This document shows positions 28,269 to 37,925 of a DNA stretch of 64,000 bases, piece after piece (position 1 is the stretch's first letter; each line of letters opens with the position of its first letter). The notes under the pieces were generated by a model, which was not told the DNA's origin, searched no databases, and was given only the letters and a program-made list of their open reading frames with translations. The translations under genes were made by a program, and so were the position numbers. This DNA is from Candidatus Eremiobacteria bacterium (lineage in GTDB: Bacteria > Vulcanimicrobiota > Vulcanimicrobiia > Vulcanimicrobiales > Vulcanimicrobiaceae): positions 1 through 64,000 of the forward strand of contig CAVWUU010000003.1 in assembly GCA_963758295.1 (NCBI GenBank), given 5' to 3'.

Positions 28269-30316
28269 TGCTGTCCCAACGGCGTCTCGAGCGCCGGCCC
28301 AAAGGCCGCCCGCTCCTCGATCGCGCAATCGTTTCGCGAGCGGTTCGCGATTCATTTGCAAAACTGGATCCGCGGTGGATGGCACGCAATCCCGTCATGT
28401 TCATCGTTGAGGCCGGTGCGGTCGTTACATCGCTATTTTTTCTTCGCGACTTGCTTCGCCACACCGGAAGCGCCGGATTTGATTTAGCAATTGCCGTGTG
28501 GCTGTGGTTTACCGTGCTCTTTGCAAACTTTGCCGAAGCCGTCGCTGAAGGACGCGGCAAGGCGCAAGCCGATTTTCTGCGGCGGACGAAGAGCGATACG
28601 CTCGCGAAGCGCTGGACGACGAGCGGCCTGGAGACAGTCCGCTCGACGGATCTGCGCAAAGGCGACGTCGTCCTTGCCGGCGCCGGCGATCTGATTCCGG
28701 GAGACGGCGAAGTGCTCGAAGGCGCTGCAATGGTCGACGAATCGGCGATCACGGGAGAATCCGCGCCGGTCGTGCGCGAGGCGGGTGGCGACCGAAGCGC
28801 CGTTACGGGCGGCACGCGCGTTTTGAGCGATGTGATCCGGGTGCAGATTACGGCAAACGCCGGCGAAACGTTTCTCGATCGGATGATCGGCCTGGTTGAA
28901 GGCGCGCAGCGTAAGAAGACGCCCAACGAAATTGCGTTATCCATTTTGCTGGCGGGTCTTACGATCGTCTTTCTTATCGCCGTGGCGACGCTGTTGCCGT
29001 TTTCGATTTATGCCGGTGCGCGGCAAACGCTGACGGTGCTGATCGCTCTGCTCGTGTGTTTGATTCCCACGACGATCGGCGGACTGCTTTCCGCGATCGG
29101 GATTGCCGGCATGGATCGCGTCATGCAACGCAATGTACTTGCCATGAGCGGGCGCGCCGTCGAAGCGGCGGGCGACGTCGACACGCTGCTCCTCGACAAG
29201 ACGGGAACAATCACGCTCGGTAACCGCCGAGCTTCGGAAATTATCGTTGCGCCAGGCGTCGAACCGGCGGAAGCCGCCAAGATCGCGTACCTTTCATCGC
29301 TAGCCGACCAAACGCCGGAAGGCCGGTCGATCGTCACGCTCGCGCAGCAATTCGGCGTGACCAACGGCGAGCCGGAGCATTCACGGTTCGTGCCGTTTAG
29401 CGCCTACAGCCGAATGAGCGGATTGGACTTTGACGGCATCAGCATTCGCAAGGGCGCTCCCGATTCAGTTACCGCCTGGGTTCGCGAGCGCGGGGGCGAA
29501 CCGCCGGCTGCCCTTGCGGCCGACGTAGAACGCATTGCCCGCGCCGGCGGCACGCCGCTGTTGCTCGCGCAAGATCGTACCGTTCTCGCCGTGATCCATT
29601 TGAAAGATATCCTCAAGCCGAACATGCGCGAGCGGTTCGATCGTTTGCGCGCGATGGGAATTCGCACGGTGATGATTACCGGCGACAATCCGCTTACCGC
29701 GGCCGCAATTGCAAGAGAAGCGGGCGTCGACGACTTTCTCGCGGAGGCGACGCCGGAAGCGAAAATGGATTTGATCAAGCGCGAACAGGATTCCGGGCGT
29801 CTCGTTGCTATGGCGGGCGACGGAACGAACGACGCGCCCGCGCTCGCGCAAGCCGATGTGGGCGTCGCTATGAACTCCGGCACGCAGGCGGCGAAAGAGG
29901 CGGCGAATATGGTCGATCTCGATTCCGACCCAACGAAACTCATCGAGGTTGTCGAAATCGGCAAGCAGTTGCTCATGACCCGCGGGGCGTTGACGACGTT
30001 TTCTATCGCGAACGACGTCGCGAAGTACTTCGCGATTTTGCCCGCCATGTTTACCGCCGCTTATCCCGCGATGAGGGTGTTGAACGTCATGCGGCTGGCG
30101 ACGCCGCAAAGCGCGATTCTTTCAGCGGTGATTTTCAACGCGCTCATCATTGTCGCGCTTATCCCGCTCGCATTGCGCGGAGTGAAATACGAACCGCGCG
30201 GCGCCAATGCAGTCCTTCGGGAAAACGTCTTGATCTACGGCCTTGGCGGCATCGTCGTGCCGTTCGCCGGAATAAAACTCATCGACTTGCTGCTCGCAGG
30301 ATTTCATTTGACGTGA
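28268..30316 (+). CDS. kdpB: K+-transporting ATPase subunit B
   Basis: [30 protein letters not shown]. Confidence 0.98.
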   Translation: MLSQRRLERRPKGRPLLDRAIVSRAVRDSFAKLDPRWMARNPVMFIVEAGAVVTSLFFLRDLLRHTGSAGFDLAIAVWLWFTVLFANFAEAVAEGRGKAQADFLRRTKSDTLAKRWTTSGLETVRSTDLRKGDVVLAGAGDLIPGDGEVLEGAAMVDESAITGESAPVVREAGGDRSAVTGGTRVLSDVIRVQITANAGETFLDRMIGLVEGAQRKKTPNEIALSILLAGLTIVFLIAVATLLPFSIYAGARQTLTVLIALLVCLIPTTIGGLLSAIGIAGMDRVMQRNVLAMSGRAVEAAGDVDTLLLDKTGTITLGNRRASEIIVAPGVEPAEAAKIAYLSSLADQTPEGRSIVTLAQQFGVTNGEPEHSRFVPFSAYSRMSGLDFDGISIRKGAPDSVTAWVRERGGEPPAALAADVERIARAGGTPLLLAQDRTVLAVIHLKDILKPNMRERFDRLRAMGIRTVMITGDNPLTAAAIAREAGVDDFLAEATPEAKMDLIKREQDSGRLVAMAGDGTNDAPALAQADVGVAMNSGTQAAKEAANMVDLDSDPTKLIEVVEIGKQLLMTRGALTTFSIANDVAKYFAILPAMFTAAYPAMRVLNVMRLATPQSAILSAVIFNALIIVALIPLALRGVKYEPRGANAVLRENVLIYGLGGIVVPFAGIKLIDLLLAGFHLT

Positions 30317-30324
30317 GGTTCGCT

Positions 30325-31191
30325 ATGCTAAGACCGTTCGGCACGGCTTTTCGCCTTACGATCGTTACGGTCGTGGTCTTCGGCCTTGTCTATCCCTTGC
30401 TCATGACCGCAATCGCGCAAGTGCTTTTCCCGTATCAGGCGGCCGGGTCGCTGGTGAAATGGCACGGCCGCGTTGCGGGTTCCGCAATAATCGGGCAGCT
30501 GTGGACGAAGTCGCAGTATTTCCATGGGCGGTCGTCCGCCGCCGGCAAGAACGGTTACGATCCCACGGCAACCGGCGGAACGAATCTCGGCCCGAGTTCC
30601 AAGAAGTTCGTTGATTCGGTGAAATCGGCGGTCGCCGAGCTGCACAAAGAGAATCCGGACGCGCAAGTTCCGATTCCGGTCGATCTCGTAACTTCCAGCG
30701 CCAGCGGCGTCGATCCCGATATCAGCCCGCAGGCGGCGTATTACCAGGCACCTCGCATCGCGCGAGTGCGGCACGTGACGGTCCAGCAGATAAATTCGCT
30801 CATCGCACGCCACGTGCAGCCGCGAACGTTCGGATTTCTCGGCGAGCCGAGGGTCAACGTGTTGGAATTGAACCTCTCCGCGGACGAAGCTTATTCGGCG
30901 TCGACGAGCCGCGCGTCCGTAACCGGTTTGGGCCGAGCCAAGACGATGAGCTCCCGGGCTCCTTCGTCCAGCAGCCGTCGTGCGAAGGCATTGCGCGCGG
31001 GCCAACGCGGCGTTCGATGGGTGCCGCCGACTGCGACCATCGTCTCCCGTTGCATGCGGGCGACTTCAATGAGCCGCTTTGCGGCATCGTCGACACGATC
31101 GTTGATAAAGTCGCCATTCAGGGTTCGCGCGACGCGTTCGAATTCCGCAAGCTGTTCCGTATCAACCTTATCGCGGGTCTCCGCAATGTGA
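30325..31191 (+). CDS. kdpC: K+-transporting ATPase subunit C; ORF runs ~100 codons past the usual end, antisense into the kdpD-like gene
   Basis: YPLLMT, YFHGR, VTSSASGVDPDIS, GEPRVNVLELNL; GAGG SD before ATG 30325. Confidence 0.93.
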   Translation: MLRPFGTAFRLTIVTVVVFGLVYPLLMTAIAQVLFPYQAAGSLVKWHGRVAGSAIIGQLWTKSQYFHGRSSAAGKNGYDPTATGGTNLGPSSKKFVDSVKSAVAELHKENPDAQVPIPVDLVTSSASGVDPDISPQAAYYQAPRIARVRHVTVQQINSLIARHVQPRTFGFLGEPRVNVLELNLSADEAYSASTSRASVTGLGRAKTMSSRAPSSSSRRAKALRAGQRGVRWVPPTATIVSRCMRATSMSRFAASSTRSLIKSPFRVRATRSNSASCSVSTLSRVSAM

Positions 31192-33047
31192 GCGATCGCA
31201 AAATCCACTTCCAGCCGCAGTGCGAGGCGCGCCGCTTTGCGAACGAGCAACATGTCTTCACGGCGCGCCACGACGCTCAGCAAGAGCCGGTCGAAGGGGG
31301 CCGCGATGCGTTCGCGCGTTTCCGAGCGAATTGCCTCGCGAATTGCAAGCTCTCGCAGCGACGCGAGGTTGTCGGTGCGGAAGAAATTCGAGAGCGCCGT
31401 CTCGATGCGTTCGGGCGGATAGATCTTTCCTTGACGCAGCCGTTCGCGAAGCGTTTCGGGCGAAACGTCGATAAGAATCACCTCGTCGGCAAGCGGCAAA
31501 ATTCCGTCGGGCAGCGTTTCGCGGACGACGGTGCCCGTGAGGCGGTACACCACGTCGCTGAGCGCTTCCAGATGCTGCACGTTGAGCGTGGTGATGACGT
31601 CGATGCCGGATCGAAGGAATGCCAGGACGTCCATAAAGCGTTTGGGAGCAAGCGACCCCGGTGCGTTAGTGTGCGCCAGTTCGTCTACGAGCAAAACGCG
31701 GGGTTTACGCGCGAGCACCGCGTCGCGGTCCATCTCCGCATGGACTATGCCGTCGTGCGCGACCGCCTTGCGCGCGACAACTTCAAGGTCCCCGATCATG
31801 GCGGCGGTTTCCGCACGGTTGTGTGTTTCCACGAAGCCGATGAGCGTGTCGACACCTTCGGATTTCAGTTGATGTCCGCGATCGAGCATGGCATAGGTCT
31901 TACCGGCTCCGGCCGCGGCGCCCAGGTACACCGTGAGTTTCCCGTAGCCGATTTTCATCCGGTCTCCGAGCGTCCCCGAGAGCGGCGTGGTAAACGCGGA
32001 TTGTTCTAAATACGATTGCGTTGCGTCGACGACCACGATGTCGCGCTCGACTTTGGTATTTACGAGTTTCGCGGCAAACTTGCCGTTCGGAACGGCAACC
32101 ATGGAAGCACGGAGCGCATTGAAGTCCACGCGCTGCGGGTCCTCGGCGGGAAGCAAATCGGCGTTATGTGTCGACGCCAAAATCTTCAGGCTCGCCAAAT
32201 CGCACGCCGAAGCCGGCAGCACTTCGAGCGCGAGATCGAACGCCGCGGCGACCGGCGCACTGCGTGTAAGAAAGACCGGCGCATCGACGTCGGGTGTCAC
32301 GATCGCCACTGCCGTCGACGTGCTGGCGGCCGAAACGATCGGGATCGTCAAATCGTCGATCGTTCGCAGCAGCAGTTCGCGCAGCATGGTGAGCGTCGAC
32401 TCTTTGAAGATGCCGTTGCCTGCGCGCTCGATGTCTGCGTCGGGTACGACCTTGCCTTGGTGGAGGCGTTCGAGCAGCAGCTCGGGAGAAGCATCGAGGG
32501 CGATGACGTCGTCGGCGCCCTTGAGGAACGACATCGGCACGACTTCGCGTACGGGAAACCCCGTCAGCGTCTCGGCAGTCGCAGAGACCGTTTCTAAATG
32601 CTGAATGTTGAAGGCGCCGAGCACCGAAATCCCCGCCTGGCGGAGCGCCATCGCATCCTGCCATCGCTTTCCGTTCAGCGAATCTGCGAGATTGCCGTGC
32701 GCCAATTCGTCGAGAATGACGACATCGGGTTTCGCGGCAATCGCCCCCTGCAAATCAAACTCTTCGAACGTCTGGCCGCCGGTGTTTACTTGCCGGGATG
32801 GAATGCGCGGAAACTCTTGCGCCAAACGCTCGAGATCCGGACGCCCTTTCGTCTCGATCCAGCCGATTGCGACGCGCCGTCCCGAGATCTGCAAGCGGCG
32901 TCCGTCGGTAAGAAGCCTCCGCGTCTTTCCGGCGCCGGGCGCAGCGGCGATATACACCGTCAGACGGGCCCGTTCGCCGAACTCGCGCAGCAGTTGGGTA
33001 GTCGAACTGCGACGGCGTTCTTCGAGTTCGTCCGGGGAGAGATCCAT
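30891..33047 (-). CDS. kdpD: Soluble protein with two tandem KdpD N-terminal sensor domains (each followed by a USP-like region); no TM or kinase domains
   Basis: Module 1: YIAAAPGAGKT, LDELAHGN, KRWQD, NIQHLE. Module 2: YLGAAAGAGKTYAML, VDELAHTNAPGS, TTLNVQHLE, GKIYPPERIETALSNFF. Confidence 0.9.
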   Translation of the reverse strand: MDLSPDELEERRRSSTTQLLREFGERARLTVYIAAAPGAGKTRRLLTDGRRLQISGRRVAIGWIETKGRPDLERLAQEFPRIPSRQVNTGGQTFEEFDLQGAIAAKPDVVILDELAHGNLADSLNGKRWQDAMALRQAGISVLGAFNIQHLETVSATAETLTGFPVREVVPMSFLKGADDVIALDASPELLLERLHQGKVVPDADIERAGNGIFKESTLTMLRELLLRTIDDLTIPIVSAASTSTAVAIVTPDVDAPVFLTRSAPVAAAFDLALEVLPASACDLASLKILASTHNADLLPAEDPQRVDFNALRASMVAVPNGKFAAKLVNTKVERDIVVVDATQSYLEQSAFTTPLSGTLGDRMKIGYGKLTVYLGAAAGAGKTYAMLDRGHQLKSEGVDTLIGFVETHNRAETAAMIGDLEVVARKAVAHDGIVHAEMDRDAVLARKPRVLLVDELAHTNAPGSLAPKRFMDVLAFLRSGIDVITTLNVQHLEALSDVVYRLTGTVVRETLPDGILPLADEVILIDVSPETLRERLRQGKIYPPERIETALSNFFRTDNLASLRELAIREAIRSETRERIAAPFDRLLLSVVARREDMLLVRKAARLALRLEVDFAIAHIAETRDKVDTEQLAEFERVARTLNGDFINDRVDDAAKRLIEVARMQRETMVAVGGTHRTPRWPARNAFARRLLDEGARELIVLARPKPVTDARLVDAE

Positions 33048-33124
33048 GGGCCTGCACGATTCGCCGCGGCCTGTCGCACATACCCGCCGCAGGCGGGCCC
33101 TTCAAGGGCGCGAAGCGAGTTCTA

Positions 33125-34660
33125 GTGATCGCGCCGCTGTGCTACGCGCTCCTGATCCTTGCTTGGATCGTGGACCTTCTTACGCCGCAATCGTTCGTCG
33201 CGGCAATCTTCCTGAACGGACCGATCGCGCTTTCGGCGCTCGCTTTGCGAACGCGCTTGACGCTGCAGCTAACCGTGCTTGCGGAGCTGGCAAACGTCGT
33301 GGCCGGCTATGTCAACGGCATGCAGGCCGGCGGCCATTGGGACGCGATTGCGCTCGGCGATCGGGGGATTTCCGCCGCGACGTTCCTGTTGGTAGGCGCC
33401 TTGACGATGCGGGCGCAGGAAAGCGCGCGGCGCGCAGGAGAGAGCGAAGAACGGCGGCGTGGAATCGAACGTGAACGATCGTTGCGCCACGCAATGGAAA
33501 ACGTGCGGGCGACGCTCAATTTGGAGCTGGTGATGCGTGCCGCCGTGCGTGAAGCACAACGGCTTACCGGCGCGGAACATGTCGCTCTTATCGTGAAAAA
33601 GTCCGCACTCGACGTTCCCGATACGTACGAGATCCGTTCGGACAGCGATGAAATCGAATTGCGGCGGGCGCCCTTGACGCCGGAAGTAGCTTCGCTGGTA
33701 GAGCGTGCCCGAGGGGAAGAAACGTTCGTTCGGGTCAGTGCCAAGGACCCGCTCGGACGGCTCCTAGGCGAGAATGCGTTCGTTGCGGCGCTTAATCTGG
33801 ACGAAGCGGGGATTGCTTTGCTGATCGGGTGGGGCGAACGCGTTCCAACCGAAGACGATAGAAGCAGCGTTCTCGCTTTCGTAGCAAATCTCGGCATTGC
33901 GTTGCGTCAAGCACGCCTATTCATCCGCTTGGCGGAGCAGAACGAACAGATCGCGCAGCAGAAGGACGAACTCCAAGGCCGCAACGACGTGATTCGCGAC
34001 ATCGTTTATGCACTAGCGCACGACCTGCGCACGCCGCTTGCCGCGGCCGATTTGACGATGACGCAAGCGCTAGAAGGCGCGTACGGGGAGCTGCCGCCGC
34101 GTTATCGCGAAATTCTTCGTACGGCGATCTCTTCAAACGTCGACGTCCGCCGTTTGGTGGAAACGCTATTGCTCGTGGCAAGGTACGAAGCCGGCGAAGA
34201 TTCGCAATTGAGAATGGCCGAGTCGGTTCTGCCTCTCGTTATGCGCGTTACGGAGGAGTTGCGGCCAATGGCCGACGTGAAGCGCATTTCCCTGACCGTG
34301 ACGCCGCAGAGCCGCCCTACTTTCGTCCTCGTGGATCCGAACGAGCTTCGCCGGGCAATCACAAATTTGGTTGCAAACGCCATTGAAGCGACGCCGGCGA
34401 ACGGCCATGTGAGCGTCGGCGCTTTCGAACGCGAGGGAAGCGTAGTTGTAGAGGTGATCGACGACGGCTACGGCGTGCCGCCGGCGAAACGGCCGGCGCT
34501 GTTTCAGCGCTTCAGCGGCGTACGCACCGGCGGCGGAACGGGGCTAGGGCTCTACATCGTCCGCAGAATCGCGGAAAAATACGGCGGTGCGGCAGGCTAC
34601 ATGCCGCGGGAGCCCGGAAGCCGATTTTTCTTGGAGCTGCCGAAGGTAACGTCGGTATGA
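33125..34660 (+). CDS. Membrane sensor histidine kinase (~4 TM - GAF - HisKA - HATPase)
   Basis: Hydrophobic N-terminus, GAF-like middle, ALAHDLRTPL, NLVANAI, DDGYG, GTGLGL. Confidence 0.92.
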   Translation: MIAPLCYALLILAWIVDLLTPQSFVAAIFLNGPIALSALALRTRLTLQLTVLAELANVVAGYVNGMQAGGHWDAIALGDRGISAATFLLVGALTMRAQESARRAGESEERRRGIERERSLRHAMENVRATLNLELVMRAAVREAQRLTGAEHVALIVKKSALDVPDTYEIRSDSDEIELRRAPLTPEVASLVERARGEETFVRVSAKDPLGRLLGENAFVAALNLDEAGIALLIGWGERVPTEDDRSSVLAFVANLGIALRQARLFIRLAEQNEQIAQQKDELQGRNDVIRDIVYALAHDLRTPLAAADLTMTQALEGAYGELPPRYREILRTAISSNVDVRRLVETLLLVARYEAGEDSQLRMAESVLPLVMRVTEELRPMADVKRISLTVTPQSRPTFVLVDPNELRRAITNLVANAIEATPANGHVSVGAFEREGSVVVEVIDDGYGVPPAKRPALFQRFSGVRTGGGTGLGLYIVRRIAEKYGGAAGYMPREPGSRFFLELPKVTSV

Positions 34661-35289
34661 GCCCGTTGCGCCCGCGCGTCGTCATTATCGAAGATCACGC
34701 GCTTACGCGTGAAGGGATGAAGACGGCGCTTTCCGCCGGGTTCGACATCGTCGGCGAAGCGCCGGACGGCATTTCCGGTCTGAGCCTAGTCGAAACTTCG
34801 CGGCCCGACGTCGCAATCGTCGATTTGGGGCTTCCGGGGCTGGACGGCGTCGAACTCACGCGGCGCATTCGCGAACGCGTTTCCGGAACGCATGTGGTCA
34901 TTGTCACGATGGTCGACGTGGAAGAAGAAGTGATTGCCGCATTGGCGGCCGGCGCCGATGCATATTCTTTGAAGTCGGCGCCCGCTCAAGCGTTAGCGGA
35001 TGCGGTTCGCATTGCCGGCGAAGGCGGCGCATACTTCGATCCCCGCATTGCGCACGTGGTACTCTCGCGGTTCGCTCCGCGTCGCGAAATTTCGCCGGGG
35101 CCGCTGACGCCTCGCGAACGGGACGTGCTGGCGCTCATTTCCGAAGGACACGGCAACACGGAAATCGCGAGCGAATTACACATTGGGCTCGGGACGGTGA
35201 AAGGTCACATCCGCGATATTCTGGAGAAGCTTTCCGCGGCCGATCGCACGCAGGCGGCGGTGACGGCACTCCGGCGCGGTTTGATTTAA
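34657..35289 (+). CDS. NarL/LuxR family response regulator
   Basis: IEDH, IVDLGLPGLDG, LTPRERDVL...TVKGHI; ATGA overlap with the kinase. Confidence 0.93.
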   Translation: MSPLRPRVVIIEDHALTREGMKTALSAGFDIVGEAPDGISGLSLVETSRPDVAIVDLGLPGLDGVELTRRIRERVSGTHVVIVTMVDVEEEVIAALAAGADAYSLKSAPAQALADAVRIAGEGGAYFDPRIAHVVLSRFAPRREISPGPLTPRERDVLALISEGHGNTEIASELHIGLGTVKGHIRDILEKLSAADRTQAAVTALRRGLI

Positions 35290-35984
35290 CGGACCGGCTG
35301 CGCGCAGCCGAAGATCGCTTGCAGTTTCTCGGCGGCGCCGTTCTTCACGACGGCGACGATCTTGTCGTTCAGGCGCAACTGGGTGTCGCCGGTCGGAATA
35401 ACCATTTCCGCCTCGCTCTCGCGTTCAATCGCAACGATCACGCTATTGCGCGGCAACGAAAGTTCTGCGAGGTGTTTGTTCAGAACGGGCGATTCTTGGC
35501 GGACGGTCATGCGAACGAGGCTCAAGTTTCCGGTACCGAACAAATGCATCGTCTCCAGCGCCGCGCGATAACTGGCGGCGTTCACGTGTTCGTTCAGCAC
35601 GTCGAGGATGATTTCAGTCGAAGAAATGACCGTAATCGGATCCTCGGGATCCAAGGAGAGAAAAATCTCTTTGTTGCGCGGGTTGTTCACGCGGGCGATG
35701 CAGCGCGCTTGCGATTTCTTCTTCGTAAGCAGGACGACGACCAGGTTGTCCTCATCGTCGCCCGTGTCGGCCACCACTACGTCGGCGCGGTTCACCCCGG
35801 CCGCTTCGAGGACTGTTGGGTCGCAGCCGTCGCCGACGACGGTGATTTGGCGGTCGATCAGCGTTTCGAGGGCCTTGGCTTTCTTCTCGACCTTCTCGAC
35901 TACCACGACTTCATGGCCTTGGTTGATGAGCGCGCGGGTTAGGTACGAGCCCACTTTGCCGCCGCCGACGATTAGAATGAACAT
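35286..35984 (-). CDS. trkA: TrkA family K+ uptake regulatory protein (RCK_N + RCK_C)
   Basis: IVGGGKVG, DTGDDEDN, IARVNNP, IPTGDTQL. Confidence 0.9.
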   Translation of the reverse strand: MFILIVGGGKVGSYLTRALINQGHEVVVVEKVEKKAKALETLIDRQITVVGDGCDPTVLEAAGVNRADVVVADTGDDEDNLVVVLLTKKKSQARCIARVNNPRNKEIFLSLDPEDPITVISSTEIILDVLNEHVNAASYRAALETMHLFGTGNLSLVRMTVRQESPVLNKHLAELSLPRNSVIVAIERESEAEMVIPTGDTQLRLNDKIVAVVKNGAAEKLQAIFGCAQPVR

Positions 35985-36659
35985 TTATGCCGTTTTCGCC
36001 TGAGGCGTTACGCCTTGGAACATCTGCGCGAATTCGCTGATTGCTTCCGGCGCGACGATTGCGTTGACTTCGTCTCCTACCTCTAAGACGAGATCGTTGT
36101 ATGCCACCATGACGCCGCTCGAGCCGCGACGGATGGCGGCGATGCGAATGCGCCCGGGGGCTTCGATGTCGCCGACTCGTTTGCCGGCGTCCGCTTCGGT
36201 TACCGTCGCTGCGAGCGACGTGACCTTTCCAAAGTCGAAGGAGTGCACGGGATCCCACGGCGCTTCCATGAGCGTGTCGCGGATCAACTTTGCACCGACG
36301 GTGGTCGGTACGACGGTTTGAATGCCTAGCTCGCGATACATCTGCCCGCGGGGCGGATCGTAAATGCGCGCTACGATGCGTTTGATCTTGAACATTCGCT
36401 GCGCGATGAGCGCCGCCATAATGTTGCGGTTGTCGCCGTCGGTGCAGGCAACGAAGCCGTCTGCCGACGCTGCGCCGGCGCGCTTGAGAACATCGTAGTC
36501 TATACCGGTGCCTACTACGACGTGTCCTTTGAACTTTTGACCGAGCCGTTTGAATGCCGCGGGGTTTTCATCTACGACGATGATCTCGTTGCCGTCGGCA
36601 TCGAGAAGTTTTGCGAGTAAAGAGCCGACGCGTCCGCAGCCGACAATGAGATATCTCAT
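35985..36659 (-). CDS. trkA: TrkA family K+ uptake regulatory protein (CeoB-like)
   Basis: IVGCGRVG, TDGDNRNI, VARIYDP, LGIQTV. Confidence 0.9.
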   Translation of the reverse strand: MRYLIVGCGRVGSLLAKLLDADGNEIIVVDENPAAFKRLGQKFKGHVVVGTGIDYDVLKRAGAASADGFVACTDGDNRNIMAALIAQRMFKIKRIVARIYDPPRGQMYRELGIQTVVPTTVGAKLIRDTLMEAPWDPVHSFDFGKVTSLAATVTEADAGKRVGDIEAPGRIRIAAIRRGSSGVMVAYNDLVLEVGDEVNAIVAPEAISEFAQMFQGVTPQAKTA

Positions 36660-36744
36660 GGGCAGAACGTAGGGTTCAAGCGCCCCGGTTTTTCCCCTGG
36701 CGGCAGGAGCTGAACCTAAACTTCAGAATAAGCGGGAGTTTTGT

Positions 36745-36818
<74 letters not shown>

Positions 36819-36829
36819 TATTCTCTAGC

Positions 36830-36861
36830 CCGGGGCTTGCGATATCCATCGCGAGCCCCGG
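36830..36861. terminator. Stable hairpin after tRNA-Pro
   Basis: CCGGGGCTTGCGAT-atcc-ATCGCGAGCCCCGG. Confidence 0.6.
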
Positions 36862-36889
36862 AACATTCCTAGGGTAATGACGCTCAAGC

Positions 36890-37297
36890 GTGTTCTCGCA
36901 ATTTAGCCCGGCCTCATGGCGCGTTCTGCGCGCAGCAGAACAAGAGTGCCGAAATCACAACCATTATTACGTCGGTGCCGAGCACCTAATGGTTGCATTG
37001 CTCGAAGAGCGCGATCCGCAGATCATGGACGAACTGTCCGCATCGGGAGTCGACGTGCGCGATGTCCATGCCGAAGTGCGGCGCAGCTTGGGTACGGGCG
37101 AAGAGCGGCTCTGGGAAGGCATCCTCGTAACGCCGCGCGTACGGAAGATCATTGCGCTAGCGGAAGACTCCGCAGGCGAGCATCCGGTCGATCCGGTGCA
37201 TCTGTTTCGCGCGTTACGCGCCGAGGGCGGAAGTCTAGCGGCGGAAGTTTTGCGGCGCACGGCTGCTTCTCGAAACACCGCCGGCCTGGCCGAGTAA
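36890..37297 (+). CDS. Stand-alone Clp N-terminal domain protein
   Basis: AEQECRNHNHYYVGAEHLMVALL and TPRVRKII repeat, no AAA+ domain. Confidence 0.85.
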   Translation: MFSQFSPASWRVLRAAEQECRNHNHYYVGAEHLMVALLEERDPQIMDELSASGVDVRDVHAEVRRSLGTGEERLWEGILVTPRVRKIIALAEDSAGEHPVDPVHLFRALRAEGGSLAAEVLRRTAASRNTAGLAE

Positions 37298-37307
37298 GCA
37301 CGCAAGC

Positions 37308-37925
37308 GTGGAACATCTTCAAAGCAGCATCATTGCGCTCGTCGATCACTTTGGATACGCCGGGCTTTTCATCGGCATGGCGCTCGGAAACATCGGCGCA
37401 CCTATCGGCAGCGAAATCGTTCTGCCGGTCGCCGGAGGCCTAACGGCCACGGGTCATCTACCGTTTCTGTGGCTCACCATCGTCACGGCCGTCGCCGGCG
37501 AACTCGTCGGCGGGACGATCGGATACGCGGTCGGGCGCTTCGGCGGACGTCCACTGGTTGACAACTACGGCAAGTACGTTCACTTGACGCACGAAAACCT
37601 CAACCGCGTTCACGCGTTCTTCGAGAAGTACGGAAACTTCGCGATCTTCATTTGCCGCTTCGTTCCGGTGATTCGCGGAATCGTTTCGATCCCTGCCGGA
37701 CTCGCCGAGATGGATCTCGGACCCTTTTACTTTTGGTACTTCCTCGGTTCGCTGGGCTTTTGCGGCGGCTTGATCTTGGCAGGCAGTGCTTTTGGCGGAC
37801 ATCTCGACGAAATGCTGCCGCTCATTCACAAGTCGGGGCTAGTCGTACTCGCCGTTGCGGTCGCGGTCGTTATCGCGGCCCTACTTATCGTTCGCGCTCG
37901 CGCTAAAACGCCGCAAGTCCGTTAG
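37308..37925 (+). CDS. DedA family membrane protein
   Basis: PIGSEIVLP, GYAVGRFGG, RFVPVIRGIVSIPAG. Confidence 0.92.
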   Translation: MEHLQSSIIALVDHFGYAGLFIGMALGNIGAPIGSEIVLPVAGGLTATGHLPFLWLTIVTAVAGELVGGTIGYAVGRFGGRPLVDNYGKYVHLTHENLNRVHAFFEKYGNFAIFICRFVPVIRGIVSIPAGLAEMDLGPFYFWYFLGSLGFCGGLILAGSAFGGHLDEMLPLIHKSGLVVLAVAVAVVIAALLIVRARAKTPQVR

